In this document: piece after piece, positions 8,703 to 16,995 of the stretch | How positions within the stretch are numbered: the first letter of the stretch is position 1 | How the letters are laid out: every line of letters starts with the position of its first letter | Assembly: GCA_963730185.1 (NCBI GenBank) | Contig: CAVSQW010000001.1 | Span: 1 to 64,000 of the forward strand | Origin: an uncultured Gemmatimonadales bacterium | Lineage (GTDB): Bacteria; Gemmatimonadota; Gemmatimonadetes; Gemmatimonadales; GWC2-71-9 | Reading direction: 5' to 3' | Length of the DNA stretch: 64,000 nucleotides | Program-made: the position numbers and the translations under genes | The notes under the pieces: generated by a model | The model's input: only the letters and a program-made list of their open reading frames with translations | What the model was told of the DNA's origin: nothing | Databases searched by the model: none

Positions 8703-9661
8703 CAATTCCATGTCAGCCCTCGGAGTTGATCGAGGTTGAGGTTGCCGCCGGAGAGCACCGCGGCCACCCGGGCGCCGGCGGGCAGCTTGACCAGGCCATG
8801 GAGGAGCGCGGCGACGGGCGCCGCCGCGGCGCCTTCGACCACCAGCTTGCAGCGCTCCATGATCCAGAGCATGGCGTCGAAGATCTCCCGATCGGGCAGG
8901 GTCACCACCTCGTCGACGAACCGTTGGGCCACAGAGAAGGTGTTCTCGCCGACCCGCTTGACCCGGAGGCCGTCGATGATGGTGCGGCAGTCGATGGTCA
9001 CCAGCTTGCCCGCTTCGAGGCTTCGCTTCATGGCGGGGCCGTCGGACGACTCGACCCCGATGACCTTGATGTCGGGGTTGTGGCTCTTGGCGACCATCGA
9101 CACGCCCGAGATCAGCCCGCCGCCGCCGATCGGGACGACGATGGCGTCCACCTCCGGCCAGTCCATCACGATCTCGAGGCCAAGGGTGCCTTGGCCGGCG
9201 ATGAGCTGGGGGTCGTTGAAGGGATGGATATAGGTCAGCCCCTCGGTCCGGACCAGCTCCTCGGCCTTCTCGTTGGCTTCGTCCCAGATCTGGCCGTAGA
9301 GCACCACCTCCGCGCCGTACGCCTTGGTGGCGGCGATCTTCCCGGGTGTGGCATTCTCGGCCATACAGACCACGGCCCGGACTCCGTGGATCTTGGCGGC
9401 CAGAGCCACGCCCTGGGCGTGGTTGCCGGCGGACGAGCACACGATGCCGCGCCGTTTTTCCTCCTCGGTCAGATAGGTCAGCTTGTTGAGCGGGCCGCGG
9501 ATCTTGTAGGCCCCGACCTTCTGGAAGAGCTCGGCCTTGAGGCGGACCTCGTAGCCCGTGGCCTGCGAGAGCTGCTGGGTGCCGAGGAGGGGGGTGTGTC
9601 GGATGTGGGCGGCGATCCGTTCGCGGGCCTGTTCGAAGTCGGTGCGTGTGAGCGTGAGCAT
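8702..9661 (-). CDS. PLP-dependent threonine/serine dehydratase family protein
   Basis: KAELFQKVGAYKIRG, SAGNHAQG, PIGGGGLISG, LSGGN. No regulatory ACT domain. Confidence 0.9.
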   Translation of the reverse strand: MLTLTRTDFEQARERIAAHIRHTPLLGTQQLSQATGYEVRLKAELFQKVGAYKIRGPLNKLTYLTEEEKRRGIVCSSAGNHAQGVALAAKIHGVRAVVCMAENATPGKIAATKAYGAEVVLYGQIWDEANEKAEELVRTEGLTYIHPFNDPQLIAGQGTLGLEIVMDWPEVDAIVVPIGGGGLISGVSMVAKSHNPDIKVIGVESSDGPAMKRSLEAGKLVTIDCRTIIDGLRVKRVGENTFSVAQRFVDEVVTLPDREIFDAMLWIMERCKLVVEGAAAAPVAALLHGLVKLPAGARVAAVLSGGNLNLDQLRGLTWN

Positions 9662-9742
9662 GAGCCGGGGGTCGGGGAAGCGGGAGAGACGGCCGGGGTC
9701 GCACCCTATGTTACTGACCCCGCCGCCTCGCCAACAGGGACC

Positions 9743-11101
9743 TCAGCACTCCTCGAACCGCGCCGTGAAGTGACGAAGGGCGGTGGGAGCCTCGACGATC
9801 CGGAGGCCACGGAGCGAGTCGCGCCGGGCATGCAGCTCCTCGACCGCCTCGGCCACGTAATCGATGTGGCTCTGGGTGTAGACGCGCCGCGGAATCGCGA
9901 GGCGGACCAGCTCCATCGGCGGCGGGGGGCGGTTCGGCCCGCCGAACATCACGCTCCCGATCTCGACCGACCGGATCCCGGCCTGGCGGTAGAGGCCGCA
10001 GAGCACCGCCTGTCCTGGGAATCGTTCCTGCGGGATGTGGGGGCAGAAGGCCCGGGCGTCGAGGTAGATGGCGTGTCCGCCCGGCGGCTCCACGATCGGG
10101 ACGCCGCTCTTGACCAGCCGCTCCCCCAGGTACTCGATGCTCCGGATCCGGTAGGCGAGATAGTCCTCGTCCAGCACCTCCTCGAAGCCCTGGGCCATGG
10201 CCTCGAGGTCGCGACCGGCCAGGCCGCCGTAGGTGACGTAGCCCTCGGTCAGGATCAGGAGGTCGCTGGCTCGCCGGAAGAGGCTCTCGTCGCGGAGCAG
10301 CAGCACGCCGCCGATGTTGACCAGGCCGTCCTTCTTGGCCGAGATGGTGGCGCCGTCGGCGAGGTCGAACATCTCCCGGGCGATCTCGGCCACCGGCCGG
10401 TCGTGCTGGCCGGCTTCGCGGAGCTTGATGAACCAGGCGTTCTCGGCGAAGCGGCAGGCGTCGAGGAAGAGGGGGAGCCCGTGCCGGTCGCAGACCGCTC
10501 GCACGGCCCGCAGGTTCTCGAGGCTCACCGGCTGGCCGCCGCCGCTGTTGTTGGTGATCGTCACCATGACCAAGGGGATCCGCTCGGGGCCGACTCGCTG
10601 GATCAGCGCCTCGAGTCGGGCGACGTCCAGGTTGCCCTTGAAGGGGTGCCGGTTCCGCGGATCGCCGGCTTCTTCGATCGGCAGGTCGATCGCCTCCGCG
10701 CCGCTGTGCTCGATGTTGGCGCGGGTGGTATCGAAGTGGGTGTTGTTGGGGACGACCTTGTCGGGGCCGCCGACCAGCTCGAACAGGATCCGCTCGCTGG
10801 CCCGCCCCTGGTGGGTGGGGAGGATGTGCTCGAAGCCGGTCACCTTCCGGAGCTGGTCTTCGAAGCGGAAGAAGGACCGGGCCCCGGCGTAGGACTCGTC
10901 GGCCCGCATGATCCCGGCCCATTGCTCGCTGCTCATCGCGCCGGTGCCGGAGTCGGTGAGCAGGTCGATGAGGACGTGTTCGGCCCGGATCAGGAAGGCG
11001 TTGAACCAGGCGTCGCGCAGGATCCGTTCGCGCTCGTCGGCGTTGGTCAGACGGATCGGCTCCACCGTCTTGATCCGGAAGGGCTCGATGATGGTCTTCA
11101 T
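9743..11101 (-). CDS. tnaA: Tryptophanase / tyrosine phenol-lyase family beta-eliminating lyase
   Basis: EPFRIKTVE, IDLLTDSGT, HQGRASE, HFDTT, SAKKDG (PLP Lys), RLAIPRRVYT, LRHFTARF. TnaA versus Tpl is not resolved. Confidence 0.8.
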   Translation of the reverse strand: MKTIIEPFRIKTVEPIRLTNADERERILRDAWFNAFLIRAEHVLIDLLTDSGTGAMSSEQWAGIMRADESYAGARSFFRFEDQLRKVTGFEHILPTHQGRASERILFELVGGPDKVVPNNTHFDTTRANIEHSGAEAIDLPIEEAGDPRNRHPFKGNLDVARLEALIQRVGPERIPLVMVTITNNSGGGQPVSLENLRAVRAVCDRHGLPLFLDACRFAENAWFIKLREAGQHDRPVAEIAREMFDLADGATISAKKDGLVNIGGVLLLRDESLFRRASDLLILTEGYVTYGGLAGRDLEAMAQGFEEVLDEDYLAYRIRSIEYLGERLVKSGVPIVEPPGGHAIYLDARAFCPHIPQERFPGQAVLCGLYRQAGIRSVEIGSVMFGGPNRPPPPMELVRLAIPRRVYTQSHIDYVAEAVEELHARRDSLRGLRIVEAPTALRHFTARFEEC

Positions 11102-11272
11102 GGCGTGGCCGGCGGCTGAAGGGTGGGACGTCGCCGAAATGGAGGGCGGCGAGCGCCTCCGGGCAAGGGGCGGCGTGCTCGCCGGCCGCCCCCGACGATT
11201 GCGCCGGCTCCCGGGCGCGACGTAGTATCCGGGACGTTCCCGACTCCGACCCCGTCCCGAGGTGAGTGACGC

Positions 11273-12043
11273 ATGGATCTTGGCACGCCGGCCCTGTTCC
11301 GCTGGGACGACCTTCCCCGCGAGGCGGTCACGCCGACCCTCGGCCGGAAGATCGTGACCGGCGAGCGAGTGATGATGGCGCACGTGTGGCTCGATCAGGG
11401 TTGCGTCGTGCCGGAGCACTCCCACGAGTCGGAGCAGCTGAGCTGGGTCTTCTCCGGCGCCCTCAAGTTCGTGATTGGCGGCGAGACGATCGTGGTCCGG
11501 GCCGGCGAGATCCTGGTGATCCCGTCCTGGGTCAAACACGAGGCGGTGGCGCTCGAGCCCACCTACGAGATGGACGTCTTCAACCCGATCCGCCGGGATT
11601 GGCTGGATGGGAGCGACTCCTACTTCAAGAAGCCGCCGACCCGGCCGGCCGATTTCACCAATCCGGCCAGCGGCGGCAATCCGGCCACCCTCCGGCGCTG
11701 GAGCGAGGTGACCGTCGAGCCGATGAACCCGATGATCGACCGGGCCTTCGCGACCGGCGAGCTCGCCACCGTCGCCAGGCTGGTGCTCAAGAAAGGCTGT
11801 GTGGTGCCGACCCACGCCCACGAGAGCGAACAGCTCACCTGGGTCCGCTCCGGTACCCTGCAGCTCGATCTGGGCGAGCAGCGGTTCGTGATCCCGGCTG
11901 GCTCGGTGCTCCGGATCCCGTCGCAGGTCCCCCACATGGCCACCGCGCTCGAGGCTTGCGAGGTGGTCGACGTGTTCGGTCCCCGGCGCGACGATTGGCT
12001 GTCCCAGTCCGATCAGTATCTCCGCCAGCCACCGGCGAAATAG
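11273..12043 (+). CDS. Tandem (double) cupin domain protein
   Basis: Two homologous halves, each with GCVVPxHxHESEQL and a downstream His. Confidence 0.85.
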   Translation: MDLGTPALFRWDDLPREAVTPTLGRKIVTGERVMMAHVWLDQGCVVPEHSHESEQLSWVFSGALKFVIGGETIVVRAGEILVIPSWVKHEAVALEPTYEMDVFNPIRRDWLDGSDSYFKKPPTRPADFTNPASGGNPATLRRWSEVTVEPMNPMIDRAFATGELATVARLVLKKGCVVPTHAHESEQLTWVRSGTLQLDLGEQRFVIPAGSVLRIPSQVPHMATALEACEVVDVFGPRRDDWLSQSDQYLRQPPAK

Positions 12044-12045
12044 TC

Positions 12046-13020
12046 ATGCGTGCCATCCGGGTGCATCAGTTCGGTGATCCCTCGGTCCTCACGCTCGACG
12101 AGGTACCGACGCCCGAGCCGGGGCCGGGGCAGGTGCAGGTCCGGATTCACGCGGCGGGCGTCAATCCGGTCGAGACCTACATCAGGAGCGGGCGCTACGC
12201 GAACCTGCCCACGCCGCCCTTCATTCCCGGGTCGGACGCCGCCGGCGTGGTCTCGGCCCTCGGCCGGGGCGTGACCCAATGGTCCACGGGCGATCGGGTC
12301 TTCTTCTTCGGGACCTCGGCGGGACGCTCGCTCGGCGCCTACGCCGAATACACGGTGTGCGATGCCAAGCTGGTGTTCCGGCTTCCGGACAGCGCGAGCT
12401 TCGCGCAGGGGGCGGCGCTCGGGGTGCCCTACGCCACCGCCCACCGAGCCCTGTTCGCCCGGGGCGGCGCGAAGGCGGGCGAAACGGTGATGGTCCACGG
12501 GGCCAGCGGCGGGGTGGGGCTCGCGGCGGTGCAGTTCGCCCGATGGGTCGGCCTGAACGTGGCGGGCACGGCCGGGACGGAAGAAGGTCTGGCCCTGGTC
12601 CGCGCCAGCGGCGCCCATGTGGCGGTGAGCCATCGCGCGCCGCTCTACCTCGATCAGATTCGCGCCGCCACCAGTGGCCGAGGCCCGGACCTGATCCTGG
12701 AGATGCTGGCCAACGTCAACCTGGATCACGACCTGGATCTGATTGCCCAGCAGGGACGGATCGTGATCATCGGCAATCGGGGTCGGGTTGAAATCGATCC
12801 GCGGAAGGTCATGTCGCGCGAGGCCGAGATCATCGGCGTGTTGCTCTGGCACGCGACGGACCAGGAGCTGGTGGAGAGCTACGCCGACGTGGTGGCGGGG
12901 CTCGAGAAGGGGGCGCTCCGGCCGGTCGTGGGTCGGGAGCTGCCGCTGGCGGATGCCGCCAAGGCGCACGATGCGGTCATGGCGCCGGGCTCGAAGGGGA
13001 AGGTCGTGCTGATTCCCTGA
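12046..13020 (+). CDS. NADPH:quinone reductase (zeta-crystallin/MDR family)
   Basis: AAGVNPVETYIRSG, PGSDAAG, HGASGGVG, GKVVL. Confidence 0.9.
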   Translation: MRAIRVHQFGDPSVLTLDEVPTPEPGPGQVQVRIHAAGVNPVETYIRSGRYANLPTPPFIPGSDAAGVVSALGRGVTQWSTGDRVFFFGTSAGRSLGAYAEYTVCDAKLVFRLPDSASFAQGAALGVPYATAHRALFARGGAKAGETVMVHGASGGVGLAAVQFARWVGLNVAGTAGTEEGLALVRASGAHVAVSHRAPLYLDQIRAATSGRGPDLILEMLANVNLDHDLDLIAQQGRIVIIGNRGRVEIDPRKVMSREAEIIGVLLWHATDQELVESYADVVAGLEKGALRPVVGRELPLADAAKAHDAVMAPGSKGKVVLIP

Positions 13021-13024
13021 GCTC

Positions 13025-13063
13025 AAAAGCGAAGACGCCGGACCGGGGGGATCCGACGTCTTC
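13025..13063 (-). terminator. Intrinsic terminator hairpin (may also stop the convergent quinone reductase mRNA)
   Basis: 12-bp stem GAAGACGTCGGA/TCCGGCGTCTTC followed by GCTTTT on the minus strand. Confidence 0.75.
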
Positions 13064-13142
13064 GGGGGGTTGATTCGAGCCCTGGGGGGAATCAGGTCAC
13101 GAACCGGGGGATTTTTGCGAGCCGACTCTCGCCGTCTCGCGC
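13025..13142 (-). ncRNA. Candidate novel small RNA with four C-rich motifs
   Basis: Lies between a sigma54-type promoter and an intrinsic terminator. Three hairpins, with G-U pairs that only work on the minus strand. No ORF with a convincing start. Confidence 0.6.
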
Positions 13143-13153
13143 CTCCCTAAGGG

Positions 13154-13168
13154 GCAAGGGGTGTGCCG
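13154..13168 (-). promoter_or_regulatory. Sigma54 (-24/-12) promoter
   Basis: CGGCAC-ACCCC-TTGC, exact GG-N10-GC spacing. Confidence 0.65.
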
Positions 13169-13343
13169 GGTTCCCGGCTGCCGAGACGACCCGGGCCTGG
13201 AGCCTCCAACTCCGTCAGGCACATAAGCTTAGTGCCATCCTTCCCGATCGTGACCGCGGTGCCGGCCCTCCCCTGCGGCCCCACCGACGCGACACCGGGT
13301 GTGGCTCCCCAGCCACGCTCCCACGCTCCCGAGAGGCTCGTTC

Positions 13344-14489
13344 ATGCGCCCCGCCCTGCTGATCGTCGTCTCCGCGCTCCTCGCCGCCCCGGCGCTGCTC
13401 GCCCAGGCGCCCCGGCCTCGAGCCCGCGACCTGGGCGTCGCGCCCGGCGTCTTCCCGACGGGCCGGTGGAACGCCATCACCGATGTCGCCGGGGTGAAGG
13501 TCGGTCAGACGACCGTGATCGAGGGCGACTCGATCCGAACCGGGGTCACGGCGATTCTCCCGCATCCCGGCAACCTGTTCTTCGATCGAGTGCCAGCCGC
13601 CATCGTGGTCGGAAACGGATTCGGCAAGCTGCTCGGGGTGACGCAGGTCGGAGAGCTTGGGGAGTTGGAGACGCCGATTCTCCTCACCTGCACGCTCTGT
13701 GTGTGGCGGGCCGCGGACGCGATGGTGGAATGGCTGCTGGCCCAACCCGGCATGGAGGACGTCCGGTCGATCAACCCGGTGGTGGGCGAAACCAACGACG
13801 GTGGGTTGAACGCGATTCGAGACCGCCCGATCACGCCGGCCGACGTCCGGGCCGCGCTCACGGGCGCGACGTCGGGGCCCGTGGAGGAGGGCACCGTGGG
13901 CGCCGGCACCGGCACCATCGCGTTCGGCTGGAAGGGAGGAATCGGCACCAGCTCGCGCCACCTGCCGGCCTCGCTCGGCGGGTGGACCGTGGGGGTGCTG
14001 GTCCAGACCAACTACGGCGGGATCCTGCAGATCCTCGGGGTCCCGGTTGGGAAAGCCCTGGGCCAGTATGCGTTCCGCCGTCAAGCAGAGAAGAACCCCG
14101 GCGCCGGGTCGATCATGATGGTGGTGGCGACCGACGCGCCGCTCAGCGACCGGAATCTGCGACGGATCGCGAACCGGGCCCTGATCGGGCTGGGACGTAC
14201 CGGCTCGTCGATGGGGAACGGTTCGGGCGACTACGTGATCGCGTTCTCGACCCATCCGGACGTCCGGCGCCCGGCCGCGGGCGGCGATACCCTCGGAACC
14301 GTCCGACGCGAGATCCTGAATCCGGACATGTCGGGCCTGTTCGAGGCGACCATCGAGGCCACCGAGGAGGCGATCTACAACTCGCTCTTCCGGGCCACGA
14401 CCGTCACCAGCCGGTACGGGACCGTGCCGGCGCTCCCGATCGACAAAGTGAGGGAGCTGCTCCGCGCCTATCGCGCGGCCGATCGTTAG
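13344..14489 (+). CDS. DmpA-like (P1/S58) aminopeptidase, secreted
   Basis: NAITDVAGVKVG, TGVTAILPH, NGFGK, VGAGTG, KGGIGTSSR, NGSGD autoproteolysis site. Signal peptide. Confidence 0.9.
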   Translation: MRPALLIVVSALLAAPALLAQAPRPRARDLGVAPGVFPTGRWNAITDVAGVKVGQTTVIEGDSIRTGVTAILPHPGNLFFDRVPAAIVVGNGFGKLLGVTQVGELGELETPILLTCTLCVWRAADAMVEWLLAQPGMEDVRSINPVVGETNDGGLNAIRDRPITPADVRAALTGATSGPVEEGTVGAGTGTIAFGWKGGIGTSSRHLPASLGGWTVGVLVQTNYGGILQILGVPVGKALGQYAFRRQAEKNPGAGSIMMVVATDAPLSDRNLRRIANRALIGLGRTGSSMGNGSGDYVIAFSTHPDVRRPAAGGDTLGTVRREILNPDMSGLFEATIEATEEAIYNSLFRATTVTSRYGTVPALPIDKVRELLRAYRAADR

Positions 14490-14492
14490 GCG

Positions 14493-14999
14493 TCAGCGCT
14501 CGAGATCGGGTGGATCGGCGGCCAGCACGGCGTGGATCGCCGCCACGACCTCGGCGTCGTCGCTCAGGAGCACCAGCTCTCCGCCCCGAGTCAGGGTTCG
14601 ATAGGTGCACCGAACCCGGTCACGGTTCTCGGCGATCACCCGAGCCGCCGGGCTGTTTCCGCGGACCAGCCGCACCCGGCGAAGGTCGCCGCGCCGGATG
14701 GCCGCCGCCGCCTCCAGCAGCTCCAACCGGACCGCCTCCACCGCCGCCGAATCGACGCCCCGGCTCTGGAGCGCGATGCTGCCGCCGCTCTCGTTGGCCA
14801 GGTAATGAATCCGCGGTGCAGCTCCGAGCGACCCGAGTGCAGAACTCTGCGCCGCTGCCCGGGTGGTCAGGAGGCAAACTGCGGTGACCACCAGCCACGC
14901 CACGACGCTCGGCCGCCACACCCGGCGTGAAACGCCGGGGCCGGGACGGAGCGAGCTAACTGGTGTCAGGTCGAGCGCTCTGGTCTGCTGGTCGGACAA
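14493..14999 (-). CDS. Hypothetical secreted protein (start uncertain)
   Basis: Signal-like hydrophobic segment ending AAA-Q, GG.I.LQ and RGGELVL segments, and an upstream sigma54 promoter. Confidence 0.55.
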   Translation of the reverse strand: MSDQQTRALDLTPVSSLRPGPGVSRRVWRPSVVAWLVVTAVCLLTTRAAAQSSALGSLGAAPRIHYLANESGGSIALQSRGVDSAAVEAVRLELLEAAAAIRRGDLRRVRLVRGNSPAARVIAENRDRVRCTYRTLTRGGELVLLSDDAEVVAAIHAVLAADPPDLER

Positions 15000-15038
15000 G
15001 CCCGCCTCGATGCCGATGTGGATTCAAGGGCCGAGGGG

Positions 15039-15053
15039 GCAAGGAGGGTGCCA
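15039..15053 (-). promoter_or_regulatory. Sigma54 (-24/-12) promoter
   Basis: TGGCAC-CCTCC-TTGC, near-perfect consensus, in intergenic DNA pointing at ORF 14493-14999. Confidence 0.7.
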
Positions 15054-15076
15054 CCGGCGGGGGCCGAAGGTCGGAC

Positions 15077-15838
15077 TCAGCGGCCCCGGAAGCGACGGGC
15101 GGCGTCGATGAACTCGACGAAGAGCTGCCGGGTCTTCGGGTCGGTCGCCTCGAGCATCTCGGGGTGCCACTGTACCCCGACCGCGAAGGCGTCGCCGGGC
15201 CGTTCCACGGCCTCGATCAGGCCGTCGGGGGCGTGCGCCGACGCCACCAGAGAGCGCCCCAGCTCGCGAATCCCCTGGTGGTGCATGCTGTTCACCATCA
15301 CCCGCGGTCCTCCGAGCACCGCGGCGAGCCGGGTCCCGTCGGTCAGGGTCACGTCGTGGGCCAGGTAGTCGCGCGCGAACCCGGCGGTCGGGAAGTAGTC
15401 GTGCTTGATGGCCTCGGGGCACTCGGCCTCGAGGTCCTGGAACAGGGTGCCGCCCTGGGCCACGTTGATCACCTGGAGGCCGCGGCAGAGTCCGAAGAGC
15501 GGTTTGCCGTCGTCGAGCGCCCATCGGGCGAGGGTGAGCTCGACTTCGTCGCGGTCGGCGTCGGTGTTGCCGAGCTTGGGGTGCGACTCGGCGCCGAAGG
15601 TGCGCGGGTGCATGTCGACGCCGCCGGCCAGGAGCACGCCGTCCAGGCGGTCGTAGACCAGCCGGAGGGTCTCCGGATCGTGGGCTAGCAGCGGGACCAT
15701 CCAGGGGACGCCACCGGCCTCGGTCGCGGCGTAGTAATAGCGCTGGTTCATGACCCAGGAGGCCGGCAGCCCTTCGGGAATGCCGTCGATCGCCTGGAGG
15801 GTCTGGGTCGGGATGCCGATGGTCGGACGGTAGCTCAT
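15077..15838 (-). CDS. Gamma-glutamyl-gamma-aminobutyrate hydrolase-like (peptidase C26) glutamine amidotransferase
   Basis: LAGGVD, GLCRGLQVINVAQGGTL, VNSMHHQG, GVQWHPE. Confidence 0.9.
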   Translation of the reverse strand: MSYRPTIGIPTQTLQAIDGIPEGLPASWVMNQRYYYAATEAGGVPWMVPLLAHDPETLRLVYDRLDGVLLAGGVDMHPRTFGAESHPKLGNTDADRDEVELTLARWALDDGKPLFGLCRGLQVINVAQGGTLFQDLEAECPEAIKHDYFPTAGFARDYLAHDVTLTDGTRLAAVLGGPRVMVNSMHHQGIRELGRSLVASAHAPDGLIEAVERPGDAFAVGVQWHPEMLEATDPKTRQLFVEFIDAARRFRGR

Positions 15839-15867
15839 GGGGGGACAAGAATAACGGGTCGCCGCCG

Positions 15868-16977
15868 TCAGAGGACCCCTTCGGCCGTCTCCCGAATCAA
15901 CTGGTCGACCACGGCCTTGAGGTCGCCGCCGGTCCGGTCGTAGGTGGCGATCTGGCGGTCGGCGCTGGTGCCGTCGGCAAGGATCCGGAAGGCGTACTCG
16001 CACTCGGCCCGGCTCCCCAGGTCGTCCACCACGTCGGCGATGAACCACTCCACCAGCTCCCGGATCAGCTGACGGGCCGGAAGCTCCTGACGCTTGCCGA
16101 AGTCGATCAGTTTGCCGTCGAGGCCATACCGGCAGGCCCGCCACTTGTTCTCCTCGATCAGGGCGGTCGAGTACTGGCGCCAGTCGAGGTTGTCCTGCCG
16201 GAGCTTCCAGAGCTTGGCGATGATGGCCTGAAACAGCGCCCCGATGCAAACGGCTTCGTCGACCCGGGTGCAGACGTCGCAGATCCGGAACTCCAAGGTC
16301 GGGTAGCTCCAGCTGGGGCGGACGTCCCACCAGATCTTGGAGGCGTTGGGGATGCTTCCGGTGGCCACCAGCGTGTTGACCAGCGACTCGAACTCACCCC
16401 ACGACGCCAGGGTCCGGGGGATCCCGGTCCGCGGGAAGCTCCGAAACACGATGCTCCGGTACGACTTGAGCCCGGTCTTCCGGCCCAGCCAGAACGGTGA
16501 GCTGGTGGAGAGCGCCAGGACGTGGGGCATCATGTACCGGCACGCGTTCATCGCGTCGATCAGGAACTCGCGGTCCTCGATCCCGATGTGCACGTGGGTG
16601 CCGAAGACGAGGAGGCGCTGGGCCAGGTCCTGCAGGTCCTCGCGGACCCCGATGTACCGTTCCAGGGGGGTGATCTCCTGCTCCATCCAACTGGAGAACG
16701 GATGGCTCGCGGCCGCCACGACCCGGAGCCCTTTCTTGGCCGCCAGGTCCATCACCAGCCGCCTGAGCCGGACCAGCTCGCTGCGAGCCTCGGCGGGGGT
16801 CCGGCACACCTTGGTGCCGACCTCGACCATCGACTGATGGAGCTCGGGCTTCACTTCGCCCAGCACCACCGAGTCCTCCTTGAGGATCTCCGTGATGTAG
16901 GATCGGAGCGCGCCCGTGGCCGGGTCGACGATCTGATACTCCTCCTCGATGCCGAGCGTCAGGCTGGGGCCGTTCAT
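15868..16977 (-). CDS. Carboxylate-amine ligase, YbdK/GCS2 family
   Basis: [49 protein letters not shown]. Confidence 0.92.
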   Translation of the reverse strand: MNGPSLTLGIEEEYQIVDPATGALRSYITEILKEDSVVLGEVKPELHQSMVEVGTKVCRTPAEARSELVRLRRLVMDLAAKKGLRVVAAASHPFSSWMEQEITPLERYIGVREDLQDLAQRLLVFGTHVHIGIEDREFLIDAMNACRYMMPHVLALSTSSPFWLGRKTGLKSYRSIVFRSFPRTGIPRTLASWGEFESLVNTLVATGSIPNASKIWWDVRPSWSYPTLEFRICDVCTRVDEAVCIGALFQAIIAKLWKLRQDNLDWRQYSTALIEENKWRACRYGLDGKLIDFGKRQELPARQLIRELVEWFIADVVDDLGSRAECEYAFRILADGTSADRQIATYDRTGGDLKAVVDQLIRETAEGVL

Positions 16978-16995
16978 GGAGAGATCCGGTGAAGG

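Noticed and set aside
11102..11272. TnaC-like leader peptide upstream of tnaA
   Set aside because: No short Trp-containing ORF ending in Pro-stop with an RBS could be identified.
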